Position numbers and translations under genes: made by a program
DNA from: Takakia lepidozioides
Taxonomy: Eukaryota; Plantae; Bryophyta
Reading direction: 5' to 3'
Length of the DNA stretch: 64,000 bases
Assembly (NCBI GenBank): GCA_030704615.1
Contig: CM060731.1
Span: forward strand, 92,194,001 to 92,258,000
The notes under the pieces: model-generated
Database searches by the model: none
Told to the model about the DNA's origin: nothing
What the model saw: only the letters and a program-made list of their open reading frames with translations
Part shown: in pieces, positions 38,104 through 51,417 of the stretch
Numbering within the stretch: the stretch's first letter is position 1
Layout: every line of letters begins with the position of its first letter

Positions 38104-39792
38104 TCACAGCCGACTCTTGGGAGCTCTGTGAAGACTACCCAAAGCTATGGCTCTTGACCGAAGAGCATGCTTTTGGATTTTGCCAGTTGCTGTCTTGGGT
38201 AGAGGGCCGAACACCACAGATCGTGGCACCATAAAATGTGGCAGCCGGTCATAACAAAATTGAATGACATCTCGTTCACTCAGTGAGACCTTCCCATTTG
38301 GTGTGACAAAGGCACATGGTGTTTCACCCCAGCGTTCATCAGGCCTAGCTACCACAGCTGCCTCAAGCACCAAGGGATGTCTGAACAACACATTCTCCAC
38401 TTCCAAGGAACTAATGTTTTCCCCTCCTGATATGATGATATCTTTGGCTCTATCCTTTATCTCCATATAGCCATCTGCATGCTTAACAGCGATATCGCCT
38501 GAGTGATACCAGCCCCCTTTGAAACTTTCCTGGGTGACTTTAGGATTGTTCAAGTAGCCCTTCATCACCATGTTCCCTCGAATCACGACTTCACCCAGGG
38601 TGGATCCATCTGCAGGCACAGGAGCCATTGTCTCTGTGTCAACCACATCCAGGCCCTCCTGCCCTATGTAGCGAACTCCCTGCCGTGCCTTTAAGAGTGC
38701 TTGCTCTTCTAAAGGGAGTCCATCCCACTCAGGCTTCCAAGCGCAAACAGTACATGGCCCAAAAGTCTCTGTCAAGCCATATGTGTGTGTCACCCGAAAG
38801 CCCTGTTTTTCCATATTCTCCAACACTGCTGCAGGAGGTGCTGCACCAGCAGTCATCACATGGCACACACCCCGGATGGGTACCCGGTCTTCCACCTGCG
38901 CATTAACAATCGTGTTGAGCAACACAGGAGCACCACAGAAATGTGTTACTCCATGCTCTCCAATTGCAGTGAAAATTGCCTTGGCTGTCACATGGCGCAA
39001 GCAGATATTCGTGCCTCCAAGGGCTGCCAAAGCCCAGGAAAAGGTCCACCCATTGCAGTGGAAGAGAGGAAGTGTCCACAGATAGATAGCTCCAATTGGC
39101 ACTTCCCATATCAGGCAGTTACTGAGTGCTGCCACATATGCACCTCTGTGACTCAGAACCACCCCCTTGGGACTGGACGTGGTACCGGATGTGTAGCAGA
39201 GGGATATGGAATCCCATTCATCTTTTGGGGGCGTCCAACAAAAAGTCGGATCCCCCTCCGACAAGAAGTCCTCGTATTTTACAACCCTCTTGGCTAAAGC
39301 GTCAGCAAGTCCAGAACGCTTCTGATTGTCAAGAGAATCATCCTCAATGACCACTAATAAGGGCATTTCAAAATCTGCAAGTCTCTGGCCCAACATGGAG
39401 AGGGCTTCGTCAACAAGTAGGAAAAACTCTTCATCAACAAGAAGAGCTTTAGACTTGGAGTGCTCCAACAAAAAGGCTATTGTGCGTGAATCGAGCCTAA
39501 TGTTAATGCAATTGAGCACCGCCCCAGCCATTGGCACTCCAAAATGCGCTTCATAAATTGCTGGCACATTGGGTGCCAATACAGCAACGGTGTCACCCGG
39601 GCAGATTCCATGGCCGAGGAGTGCAGAGGCCAGTCGGCGACAGCGGTCGAACGTTAGAGCCCATGTGTGCCGAATTCCGCCATACACCACAGATGTTCTA
39701 CTACCATAGACAGCGGCGGCTCTTTCCACGAATCCTACTGGCGTTAAGGCTGCATAATTGGCTGGCCCTCTTGCCAGCAGCTCCTTCCCCAT
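38104..39792 (-). CDS. Peroxisomal acyl-activating enzyme (AAE7/ACN1-like acetate/butyrate-CoA ligase), single coding exon
   Basis: 562 aa, with ANYAALTP, AMP-binding YTSGTTSSPKG, YGLTE, GWYHSGD, IISGGENISS and LPKTATGKIQK. C-terminal PTS1 SRL. Confidence 0.95.
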   Translation of the reverse strand: MGKELLARGPANYAALTPVGFVERAAAVYGSRTSVVYGGIRHTWALTFDRCRRLASALLGHGICPGDTVAVLAPNVPAIYEAHFGVPMAGAVLNCINIRLDSRTIAFLLEHSKSKALLVDEEFFLLVDEALSMLGQRLADFEMPLLVVIEDDSLDNQKRSGLADALAKRVVKYEDFLSEGDPTFCWTPPKDEWDSISLCYTSGTTSSPKGVVLSHRGAYVAALSNCLIWEVPIGAIYLWTLPLFHCNGWTFSWALAALGGTNICLRHVTAKAIFTAIGEHGVTHFCGAPVLLNTIVNAQVEDRVPIRGVCHVMTAGAAPPAAVLENMEKQGFRVTHTYGLTETFGPCTVCAWKPEWDGLPLEEQALLKARQGVRYIGQEGLDVVDTETMAPVPADGSTLGEVVIRGNMVMKGYLNNPKVTQESFKGGWYHSGDIAVKHADGYMEIKDRAKDIIISGGENISSLEVENVLFRHPLVLEAAVVARPDERWGETPCAFVTPNGKVSLSERDVIQFCYDRLPHFMVPRSVVFGPLPKTATGKIQKHALRSRAIALGSLHRAPKSRL

Positions 39793-40516
39793 ACGCTTGA
39801 AGACACAGTTTCGTTACAATAGCGCCTCCCTTTGGGTCCTGCAGTGCCTGATGGCTGATCACCTGGCAACTAGAAAGGTCCTGCATTGAAGGCTGCAAAA
39901 GTTAGATGCTCCCCATGCCCAGCAACAAGATATGGGCACCCCCGGCCCATCCTCCAACGATTCAGCAATCTGACCTTATGCAATTCAAATCCAAATCACA
40001 ACGCAAACTACACAAAGTATCAGGGACAACGACACAGCAGGAAAATGAGATACTTCCAATCTCAACAGCTTACGGCGACTCGCTGCTAGATGGTCTGTAC
40101 ATGGGAGCTCTGATTGTGCACTGATGGAGCACATGTAAAGGCTGGAACTGTGAACCCCGCGTACGAGAAGCTTCTCTCGTATGCCCATGCGCTGCTACTT
40201 GAGTACCGGATCACTTCCAGCCTTCTTGAAAACCACCAAAACTCAAACTGGGCACCATCTCTCTCACACAACCCGCTTCCAATTGCTCTCTCCACTTTGG
40301 CAAGACTCATACTCGTGTTGGACTAATTTTCCACGTGTATATTGGACCCCTAAAGTCCATGACCCCTTTTTTCAACCGAACTTATCAGTTTTTTTTTGTT
40401 TTTGTTTTTATTTTACAGAACAGGGGGTAGTAGTAGCCCTGATACGTTTTATTATAAATTATTTTGGGGAAAAAAATTAAAACCCCCATTACACCATAAG
40501 GCACACACACCGTAAT

Positions 40517-40794
40517 CAGTGTCCTTTTTTTTCTTTTTCAAATTTGGAAAATAACAGGAGTGGCTCCTGAGTTTTGCAGGAAATAGCCATATTTTCTGTT
40601 CATCCACTGAAATTTGGACAGAATCATCCTCCTCTGTACTATCATCCATATTAGGCGAATTCATCCAAGATTTATATTTTTTTGGGAGAAGTTTGGCGAT
40701 TTCATCCATGAGAAAATAGGGAATTTATGACAGAATATTCGATTTTTTTTTGAGGTCGAAAAAGTGCAAAATTTCGCCAGAAATAAAAACACTG
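40517..40794. mobile_element. Small MITE with CAGTGT termini
   Basis: Imperfect TIR cagtgtccttttttt ... aaataaaaacactg. No clean TSD. Confidence 0.5.
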
Positions 40795-40929
40795 GAACTT
40801 ATCTTCCTGAATTTCGACTCGCCTGATATGCCGCTAAAACCAAATGAGAGCTTTTCAAATGGCCAAATCCCCTTCTCGAGCGTGATTACATAACTCTGAG
40901 AGTTATGTATTAGGTAACGGGCGCAAGGA

Positions 40930-41019
40930 GCCAGGTTACCAGTTGTAATTTGGCCATGAATACTCTCACCGCGGGAGCGGTGAGAGTATTCATGGCCAAA
41001 TTACAACTGGTAACCTGGC
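40930..41019. repeat. Perfect 43-bp inverted repeat with a GGGA loop
   Basis: 40930-40972 is the exact reverse complement of 40977-41019. Confidence 0.97.
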
Positions 41020-43149
41020 GACTCCCACCGGCTACTTGACACAACCGGTTTTAGGATGAGTTGAGCCGTTAGATTCTTTCCATCTGTGTCGTCCATTCCC
41101 ACCTTGGCGGGGACTCGCGATGGGAGAGCGGAGCGCCGCCCTCCTCAAAGCCTTTTGGCTATCCTCTCTGCTACCCACCGTTTTAGGCACTTCCTAAATT
41201 CCGTTCTCATTATACTCACTATCCTGACTATTTCTAGCGGCACCTCTACCCTAGTCAAGGCTACCGAAGTTAGCGAGGCCCGCCGCCATAGCTCCCCTCC
41301 TCACTTCATTCTACATGCGTACTCTCTGAGTCATTGGTACTCTTCCCTCCCCCATGATTACTGGCACCGCTATCCCTCTGTGCACATTTTGAGCCATTTA
41401 CCGCCCGCATTGGGCCCAGGAGATCCTTCTTGAGCTTCTGCACAGTATTTTCCACTTCGAGCACACTGAATGCGATCTCATCAAACTGCTGCACTACCAC
41501 TACACAAGGCCAACGAGCTGGTATGCCCCTCCCTTCTCAAGCCGACCTATAGCCGACACTCACACAAACAACATGGCCCCCGGCACTCTCTACTCGGCGC
41601 TTTCTGACCATGTGTACAGGGTTGGAGTTCTCACTACGGCAAACACCTAAGGCCAGGGAAGCAACAGTTCCTTTGCATGCTGCCTCAGGATATCTATCTT
41701 CAGTTTCTGTGGTCGCCCATTCTGCTACCCTCTGATGTATTCTACCAAGCTGCTCCCCCCACTCATCAATCCCTAGAGATGTGTGCTTCAATGGCGAACG
41801 GTTGCCCCGAACTGCGAGCAGCTCCCCCCGCTGGTGGTCCGTTCCTAGATGGCATCCAGGCTGCTGCCCTCCGGCTTCGATTCGGGAGGTTTATACCCTG
41901 CACATCAACAGCGCCGGCCACCCTCAAAGCTCCACAAACACGTTCATGTTCTACTTACCTGAAGGATGGAAATTCGGCGCCGGTTTTCCATCCGGCGGCT
42001 TCTGGATGAGAACGTCTCGGGCGGAGGGAGGGCCATGTTGCGTCCTACTTTATCCGCTGGATGGAAATTCAACGCCGTTTTTTCCATCCAACGGGCGAAT
42101 GATGAATTCTTGGGGGGAGGGTGGGCCAAGTGGCGCCTGTGGCCGACCTCCATACCTATGACATTTAAGGGCGCAGTTGCACATTAAATGTCCTCCGCCG
42201 TCGGTTTGAACCGGATGTTCCACACGGATTCCGCGCTTGCTTCCCGGATACGCCTTCGACACCTGATGTGACGGGTGGATGAAGTTCCATTCGAGGCCTG
42301 TACGCACGCATTATGTGGGAGATTTTTTCTTTTACTGGGACTTATGCCGCGTGGAGAAGGGCGTGGCTCTCCTGAGAGAAACCCCACATCCAGACCGCGG
42401 CGCAAACTGAAGCCTTTGTACTACGGGCGGCATCCAACGTCTCGCATGGCCAAACTGAAGCTCTAGCAGGAGATCCCGTTGTCTTGCTCACAGCCCGCGC
42501 CAACTGAAGGCGAGCACTCTCAGGCAAGCCCCTTCCTCTTTTGCTTTGTGTAACATGTGCGGTCTTCTTCGCTTTGTTTTGTTTGTTTTGGCATCCTTCT
42601 GCTGCTTCTGCATGTGATTGTTAGGCATTGCTTGGGTTTGTTTTCATTGTTGTTCCATGCCACTCCATACTTGGTTTTGTTTCCATTGTTGTTCCACGAT
42701 TGTTGCGATGGTGGTTGCGATGGTGGTTTTCATTGCGTTGGTGGTTCTCACGATTGTTGGGGATGACAGAGTGAAGACGAGCGCAACACAGTGGTGGTAT
42801 CATTGACAGCTCCAACTGCTCGAGCAGTCACTCCAAAAGCCGCTATTCATCAAGCGCAGTCGGAGAGTCGTCGGCAGCAGACGTCGGAGCTGGTGCTTCG
42901 CATGTTTGGATCGCCCAACTTGGGGCGGGAGGGCAAACAAAATCTTGCTCCTTTTGTTGGTAGGCGGGAGGACCTGCAGCGAGAGTACGCCAGAATAGGC
43001 ATTCGGGAGGTTGGTGCAGGCGGCATGGCAGGTGAAGGGCGTCGGATGAGGACAGCAGATCCGGTAATGGAGGAAGCTGATGCACATGCAGTAGGGCCCG
43101 CCCACGCAAAGAAGAAGAAGAAAGCCAAGCACATGCAATCCCCGGCATG

Positions 43150-43678
43150 CACCCACATTTGGCAAACATGTCCACCAGGGCAGTGTTCAGGATGACATCT
43201 GATGCAATTCCAGCTTTGACAATGTCACTATGGACCTCTTTCCTCTTTTCCAGAGCTCCCAGGCTTGCACACGCATTGCAAACACAAAAAAATGTGATGT
43301 GGTTGGGCTTTACCGCTTCGCACATCATTTGCTCATATATCTCCAAAACATTCCTACCAAACCTATGCTTGGTAAATCTTCCAACATAATATTCCACGTG
43401 ATCAAAGATCATTGAGGCATTCTGTTGAACACTTGGTGAGCATCCCTGACGCTCCGGCACTTAACATACATATTGACAAGGGTGTTGAGTAGAAAAACAT
43501 TTGGCGAGAATCCACTTTGGATAATGTGAGTGTGCACCTGCTTTCCAGCTTCCAGACCTTCCATCTTGATGCACTTAAGCAAGAGACAGACATACATATC
43601 TGAATCTGCTGAAATGCTTCCTTGGTTTAGAGTCTGTAGAGCCTCTGTCAGGCTATCTGCCGCACAAAGTATCTTCAT
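43150..43678 (-). pseudogene. PLS-class PPR gene fragment (N-terminal part)
   Basis: GKQVHTHIIQSGFSPNVFLLNTLVNMYVKCRSVRDAHQVFNRM; PNHITFFCVCNACASLGALE..VHSDIVKAG..LVDMFAKCG. Frameshifted. Confidence 0.88.
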
Positions 43679-46485
43679 GCCAGAAGAGGCATTCAGTATC
43701 CATAAGAGGCAAAAAAAATAAAAAATGACTCCTCCCTAAAAAGGGTTTAGGGTTTACATTGTGGACTCCCCTCTTGATCCTCTTTCGGAAGCTGTGGTCA
43801 TGGTTGAGGTGCCTGATTTTATTAACTGTGCCGCTGCAGCTGCTGCCTTTAGCTGACCATCTACCCATGCAGGTTTCTTATAGCTACTGACCCACATGGA
43901 ATCAAGATAATCTGGAGCTTGAAGTCCAGCCCTCTTGGGTGAAGCTGGATCCACAATCTATCCATGCTCCTTCAGGCAGAAACAAGAAGAAGGCAAAAAC
44001 AGGCAAAAACGGGGAAAAACTTTGATAACAGGGAAAAACAGGCTGAAATGTGTTGAAGAAGGTACCTTCATTAGCAGCACATTGTTCTATCATTGCACTG
44101 CTGCCGCTGCCGTTTCCAGTTGACCATCTACCCGCGCGGATTGCTTATAGCTATTGATCCACAGGGAAGCAGAAGTAATCTTCTGTTTGAAATCCGGCCC
44201 TCTTGGATGAATCTGCACCTCTGTCCCTGGTCCTCAGCTATCCCTGCCTGTGTACAAATCATGAATACATCCTCAGCCTTGCTGCTAGCAGCTGACACTG
44301 ATGGCATGAAGTTCTTCCAGCAAACACCCTAAACCCTAATGATGAGAGGGCAAAACATACTGAAATAGGTTGAAAGAAGGTACAGGGAGCACAAAATCAC
44401 TCCATTAAAACCACCATAGATCCACCAACGAGCTAACTTACAGAATTCAGCATAAAAAATTAGGGACGACTCTGCTAACAGGGAAAACAGACTGAATGCA
44501 TTGAAGAATGTACCTTCATTAGCAGTGCCTTGTTCTATCAATGTGCTGCTGCTGCCGCTGATATTTCCAGTTGACCATCTACCCGCGCAGGGCGAGATTG
44601 AGCAGGCAAAGATTGAAACATGGCCTGCTAAGACCAAGCTGACGCGGAAGGGCGCGGGAGAGGAGGGGAGAGGAGGGGAGGGAAAAGGAGCCCGCGGGAG
44701 ACAGATCGTGGGGAGGAAAGGAAAAAAGAAAAGCAAAAGAATGATGCATCGCGATTTGATCCCGCAGTGCATCGCGACACAATCTACGTCCTTACCACTA
44801 GACTACCCTGAAATTCAACTATCCCCTCTTGTAACCTTATATTCAAGGTGTTTTAAACCCCCCTCTATATGTATAATGTTGTACATGGAGGGGTTTAAAA
44901 TACCCCCTCCTGTGCACGCACGTGGCTGGTACATATTGGCTAGAGTGCACCCCCCAGGAGCTGAGTGGGCAGAGATTGAAACGCGGACCAAGCTAACTCT
45001 CCCAAGAACCTTGTAAACATCAGAATGAATACCAAATCCTGGTACTAACAAGAGCCAAGAGCCCACATTTGCAGGATGGACAAACTTTTTCACATCGTAC
45101 ATTGAGAAAAAGACAAACCTTGCTATTGCGGTTCTCCCAACATCGTGACGGATCTTTAAAAAACTCATGCCAGCTCTGCTCCGTGCTCCAAGGTAGAGGT
45201 TTGTGATCAAAAATCCGACAGCATCAACATGTTGACATGGTCTTTTACTGAGGGGTGCTTGTGAGCTTTCAACAACATTCATGCAAGTTGTTTTGGGCTC
45301 CATTGGGCTCTACACGATGAGGAACAACGAACTCCAAACTCTACTCAAGAAATAACGTAATGTCCTGTAAAAAACTCATGCCAGCTCTGCTCCGCCGAGC
45401 AATCCAGGGCCGAGTCTAATGAGAGGGAAAAACAGACTGAAACAGGTCGAAGAAGAATCAGGCTCGCACACGCATTGCATCTACAAACGAACGTGACCAA
45501 GTCTGCATTTACCCCTTCCCGCATCATTTGCTCATAGGTCTCCAATGCCTCCATCCCGCATCCCTGCTGTGCATATCCCGTGATCATCGCACTCTAGGAC
45601 ACGACATTTCGTTCAGCCATATTCTCAAACACTCCCTTTGTATCCTCAATACTGCCACATTGTCCACGAGGGTATTGTTCAGAATGACATCGGGTACAAT
45701 TCCAAATTTGACAATGGCACCATGGACCTTTTACCATTTCCTAGGGTGCCAGGCTCGCACAAGCATTGCAAACACAAACGAACGTGACCCGGTCCGGCTT
45801 CACCCCTTCCCGCATGCTCATACGTCTCCGAAGCCTCTATACCACCTCACGTTGTGCATATCCTCGGTGTGCCTATGCTCCTTCCTGCATCATTTGCTCA
45901 AGAATAGGTCTGCAAAGCCTCAATCCCACGCCCCTGCGATTATCGCGTTCCATGCATGCTCTAGGCTCGTGGATACTAAGAAAACATATGGTGTGGCGGA
46001 AGACAAAAAAAAGAAGCCCAAAAGGAGGCCAAGTCCCAGCCCTCTGTTCACGGCTACCCTAATGAGCAACCCTATAAGCAACTTTTTGAAAAAATTTAAC
46101 ATTTGCACTTTGATCATGGATGAATGAACTTACCCAATGGATGAATACATTCGTGTATGTGCCTTCAAAATGACACGTGCAGTGATGCAGTCGTATAATT
46201 AGAGCTGTGAAACCATATTCAGTCATGAAGTCATACGATTCTAGGAAAATTCATCCACGTGTAGTCCTCCATATGACGCGAGTCATATAAACCATCCCTG
46301 TCATCGTGGTCAACAATGTTTGACCAATGCTCCCTACCTTTCCGGAGTCATGTAGTGATATCCATTACTATAGAGTGATAAAACTATGACTGCAACGCAT
46401 TTCAGCGTTCTGTAGTCGTGTACCTAGTGCCGTTTTTATGACTCCGCAAAAGCCGTAGTCCTAAAAACGCTCATCTCTTGTAGTG
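43150..46485 (-). mobile_element. Partial CACTA element carrying PPR fragments; related to 51418-55174 in opposite orientation
   Basis: Ends ...ctcttgTAGTG at 46485 with gtcat/atgac subterminal repeats. 44965-45090 is the reverse complement of ~52150-52290. A further PPR fragment lies at ~45460-45900. The other terminus was not found. Confidence 0.65.
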
Positions 46486-49322
46486 TCTCTTAGAAATAGA
46501 ACCGCTATTCGAGCCAATGTCCTTTTTAGAAATAGCCAGAGTTGGTCCTCTGAGGTGCACCAAATATCCAATCTTTTCCCGCTAATATACGAGCACAGGC
46601 TCAAAGTATTTCCAAGACCGTAATAGAATTAGAAACCAATGTGACAAATATCATATCTTCTTCCATCATCTAGGGGATTCAAACCCAGTCCGGTGGGGGA
46701 GAATGGATGGTTTTGAAATGTTTTTATCTGAGACTCAAACTCTCTCCGAAGAGGGATATGGGATGGTTTTACAAATTTATTATCTGGATTTCTGCTCAGG
46801 GAACTCAAACTCTCTCTGTAGAGGGCGAGTGGATGGTTTTGAAACTTTGTGATCTGTTTCTCTTTCTTTGATAAAGAAGTCACATCAAAACAATGTACAT
46901 TTGTACAGCCAACAAGTAGTGTCACTGTTAGATTTTAGTTCAAAGTGTGCAACTAGAGATTCTGGGTTCTTTCACACTTGGGTCGAGTGCTCCCCATTGG
47001 TCGCCATATATGTCGATCAATTTTTCGGATCATAATTTAAAATAACGTATTTTTTGTACATTAGTATATATTTTATTGGGTGCAATACAAAATCATAGTA
47101 GAAAATCATAAAGAAAATGGAATTCTAGCAATGGCGGAGCTGGAGTAGCTATCGAGCAAGCTAGATGGGATGACGGCTTCTTCAAGAAGACTTTGGGGAG
47201 TGGCTACAACGACATGTTCCAGCAGTTACAGGAATGCAGCTTTTGGTTTGTGGATAGTGCTCTAGAGGCTACATGGTATGGAGATATGATCTAGAATATA
47301 ACAAATAATCTTCAGCGGCAGACGACTCTCAAGACAACACTACAACTCATTGCTTCAAGCATGGGAGCCTCTCCCCGACATCAACATAGCATGGAAGTGG
47401 AATTGAATGGGAGCGCAAGGGTTAATATGGACCGTTGGATGCTAGTCAATCGAGGGTGGCGATCTCACCGGATGAATATCCATGGATGAAGTGTCATCCA
47501 CTTGAATTTCAAGCGTATCATGTACCAACTTAAGTTGGTCATGTACCAAACTTAAGTTGGTCATGTATTCCCTGGATGAAATCAGCAGATGGATGAAATT
47601 ATAGGCTGGAATTATAGATGGATGAAATTACACTTTGGATGACCAACCCAATGGATGGATGGAAAACAAGTGGCTCGATCTGGTCCATTCAGATGGAGGG
47701 GGCGGATTAGAAGCATTAAAATAATGTTAAAAAAATATAGAATAGGGGGATTGAATCAATGTTGGGAGGTTATTTATTCTTGTCACTAATAACAGTTGGT
47801 TATTTATCCGGTTATATATATGTATAACCGCAGGAGATGAAATTTTTAAATAATCAGTCCCGATAGGAACCGGCAGACTGTAGGCATACAAGTAACCGGT
47901 CCCAATAGTAACTGGCGAAGGCCACAACTTCTGCCATTGTGTAAGTTTCCAAGGTGTTTTCACATCTGGTCTTGGCGAGTTCTGTTTGCCAGATGCTGGC
48001 AAAGTAGACAACCGGTTGGGTGTTTTTTCAATGGACGGTTATGTGTATATATATTGGGTCTAATAACCTAAGGCAATGAGTGGCGGTTATGAGGTGTGAG
48101 TCCTTGGCTAGATTCATGAATGAGATTGCCAAGGCTTCATATATTGAAGCTCATTGAAACATTATGATAGGACATTTTTTGAAATCCCCATTGATGAGCC
48201 CAATTTATTTAGTAATTCCAGATGCATGTGTCATATATCTAAAATATATATGCAGGCCAGTTCCATTGTACTGATGCACGCTTGAAAACATATTTATGAT
48301 TGATAGAAGATTCAACTATAATTTTATATTCCTTTTTAAATAAATAAATAAATATACATAACCGGTTGTATAACCCTCAGTTATAGCGAAAATGATAACC
48401 GGATTTATGGATACCCGGCCAAAAAAACATGTCACTCTTAATCGCAACCGGCAGGTTATTAGAAAGTCAATAAATTGAAGTAACCGGCCTACAAGGTTCT
48501 TTCCATATTGAGTTCCAATGTAACCGCAACCGCCTGTTAGTAAAAAATATAAATAACCGTCCTGATTAGTTTATTGAAATAATTATTTGGAGGGGAAAAA
48601 AATTAAAACCCCAATTACGCCATAAGGCACACACACTGTGATCAATGTTTCGAGAACCAACAATCTTTGATGGAGATTTAAGTCCAAGGGACAAAAGACC
48701 ATGTCCTTAGTAAAGCACTGCTCTGCGACGACCAGTAAAACACGAATCGGACAACTCTCAATGGAGAAAAGTCGAAGAGACCAAAAAACAGGGCACACTG
48801 CCCAAGACTCAAAGTGTAGCAGATGCGGAACCTAATTACTACTGGGTTGCTGAAGAACAGACAGGGTATAGCAGGGATGCTTTGAGATTGACGTAAATGA
48901 GTCTTTGACTTGAGAGGGGTAAAGAGATCATTCTATCTATATAATAGTTTAGAAGCAGTCGTGGAGTGTTTTAGATGCTTCCAGTTGACCTCCCTTTCAA
49001 ACTCAAGAGAAAGTGTGGAGTGGTGCACGTAAGTCTCGTCACGGTTGAGGGGGGAGCTCGTTCCAGCTGCATTGGTCCTGTACATGGCTGCTGCATATGA
49101 TGTTCTGCTTGCCCCAGGTGTGTTGAAATCTCCTATGGGTCGCTGCTGCATTCGTGGAGTGTCGTTGAATGTCTGCACAGAGTTTGGCCCAGACCTTCCT
49201 AACTTCAGTTTGCAAATCAAGAAAGACCAAGGTAAGAAGGGCAGATATAGTTGTGGTTTAGCCATTGAACTTGTTTTTGTATCGAAGCTTCCAAATATGC
49301 CACATTACAGATATCATGAGGG

Positions 49323-49911
49323 TGTCAAGGACGAGAACACGACTGAACACAAACAAGAGATCAGACTAGATGTACAAGACTAGACAAGAAGTCAAGGTCG
49401 GCGTGGCCGAATGCATGATGGGTAAACATGAATCAAGATGATCTTTATAACAATGGACAAGAGTATAAGATACTGGAACTCAACTTGAAGACTGGAATAC
49501 TGGAAACTGGACTGGAGTACCAGATACTGGAAACTGGACTAGAGTACTGGAAGTTGGACTGGAGTACTGGAACTACAAACAAGAGTAGCTTGAACTTGTG
49601 TTGACGAAACTGAAGAGTGTCCAGTCTCACCTCCTATATATACTGGCTACTAGGAAGTTCCCTAAGAAGCTTCCCCAATGGATGTTTCTTGATGGACAAA
49701 GGAGGTATCTTAATTGAGAAGTTTCCTCCAAATGAAGCTTCCTGAGCAGTTTCCAAGTTACTCTCGGTAATTTGGTAAACTCCCGATAACTTGGTAATTA
49801 ATGGTAACTTATGATAAATCATGATAGATTGTGGTAACTTTCGGTAACATGATAACTTGGTAACTTCTGGTATTTACTCATGGTAAGTTCCTTTGGGCTA
49901 TGTACGTGACA
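49323..49911 (-). repeat. 3' LTR of the Tcn1-like element (589 bp)
   Basis: TGTCA...TGACA termini, adjacent PPT at ~49913-49924, and internal ctggagtactggaa tandem repeats. Confidence 0.8.
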
Positions 49912-51417
49912 TCACCCCCTCCTCTAGCGTCGATTTCCTCGAGGAGCGGTAAAATCTTGGACTTGCTTAGAGTTGGAAAAAATCCAAAATCCGGCGAATG
50001 GTACTTGCCAAGTATTCGGCTCTTCGTTCTTGACTCAAATGATTTATAGGTCCCTGCAACCATCGATAGTGTCCAACACCTTGAACTTTGGACCACGCAG
50101 TGATTTGAGCATTCTGATTTTCCGAAGCTGCATTCAAACATGATTTCGTTGCCTTCTGGGTCCGAAGCCTCAACCTCCAACAGGATTATCAGACTTCGAG
50201 TAGGCTCTACTCACCGTCGTATAGGGTCCAGACGAGGAAGTACGCATCGCATTGGTGGCCCATCGTCTCGAGAGCGTCGGCGTGATGTTGAAGGTCGTGA
50301 GAGTCGGAATGGCTGATCTGGTAGTTGGGTAATCGACAGCTCCAATGTATCTGGTTCCTGTGACTCCATGCTGCCAATACAAGATGCAAGAGTGCTGGAA
50401 GTGTAACTATATATACTGATGTGTGGTGCTCATCCCTCCTTAGCGTGTATCAGGTACACTGAGTCTTCACCTTGAAGCTAACTTGACTGACATCATCGTT
50501 ATGACGTCTTATTGACGTGTAACTCGGGGCTTAGCTGGATATCGTTGGTGAAACTCTTGGACTTTGTCAGATGCATTGGCGAGGTTGGATGAAGGTTCCC
50601 ACGTTCGTTCGCTGATGTCGTAGCCTTTCCAATGTACGAAATACTCAAGACGTTTATACTTGATGCGAGAGTCTAGGACTTCGTCGACTTCATACTCGAT
50701 TTCCTGATTGACTTCGATTGGTGGAGGTGGTACGGAGACTCTCCCTGGAATATTCGATGGATGATACAACTCCAATAATGAAACATGAAAGACTGGATGG
50801 ATGTGCATACTTCGTGGGAGTTCAAGCCGAAAACTGACCGGATTTATTTGTCGAATAATTTTGAATGGACCTAGACGTTGATAATCCAACTTCCTTGATG
50901 GTCGTGAGGTTTGTATGTCCCGTCGAAGAAGCCACACACGATCTCCGACCTTGAACTGGGGTTGGAGTTGGCGATGTTGATCTGCATACTCCTTGTATTG
51001 TTTTTGAGCTTCTGCGAGGTAGAATGTAAGCTCCTTGTGAATCGTAGCAAGATGAGTAACAAGGTTTTCTGTAGCAGGGCTTCCAACAGTCCTCATGTGG
51101 AAAGGGTTTGCTCGAGGATGATGACCATAATTGGAGAAAAATGGAGTTTGTTTGGTCGAAGAATGTATAGTGTTGTTGTAGGCAAACCCAGCCAATGACA
51201 GAACGTCCGTCCAATTATCTTGGTGATAATTTATCGTACAGTAAAGATACTGCTCCAAAACCTGGTTTACGCGTTCGGTTTGACCATCAGTCTGTGGATG
51301 ATTAGCTGTAGAGAGGTTGATCTTAGTATCTAATATGTGAAATAATCCCCTCCAGAAATTTGATATGAACTGTGGTCCTCGATCAGATACGATGTCCTTC
51401 GGGAGTCCATGAATGCG

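Noticed and set aside
47700-48580. MITE with many AACCGG motifs
   Set aside because: Termini and TSD could not be defined.
48660-49300. Possible L1 ORF1 remnant (SYAAA motif) on the minus strand
   Set aside because: Too degenerate to support.
49490-49580. Short regularly spaced repeats resembling a CRISPR array
   Set aside because: These are LTR-internal tandem repeats without unique spacers, in a eukaryotic context with no cas genes.
49930-50400. Extra ORF in the Tcn1-like 3' UTR
   Set aside because: Only short overlapping ORFs with stops, no motif and no second copy to compare.
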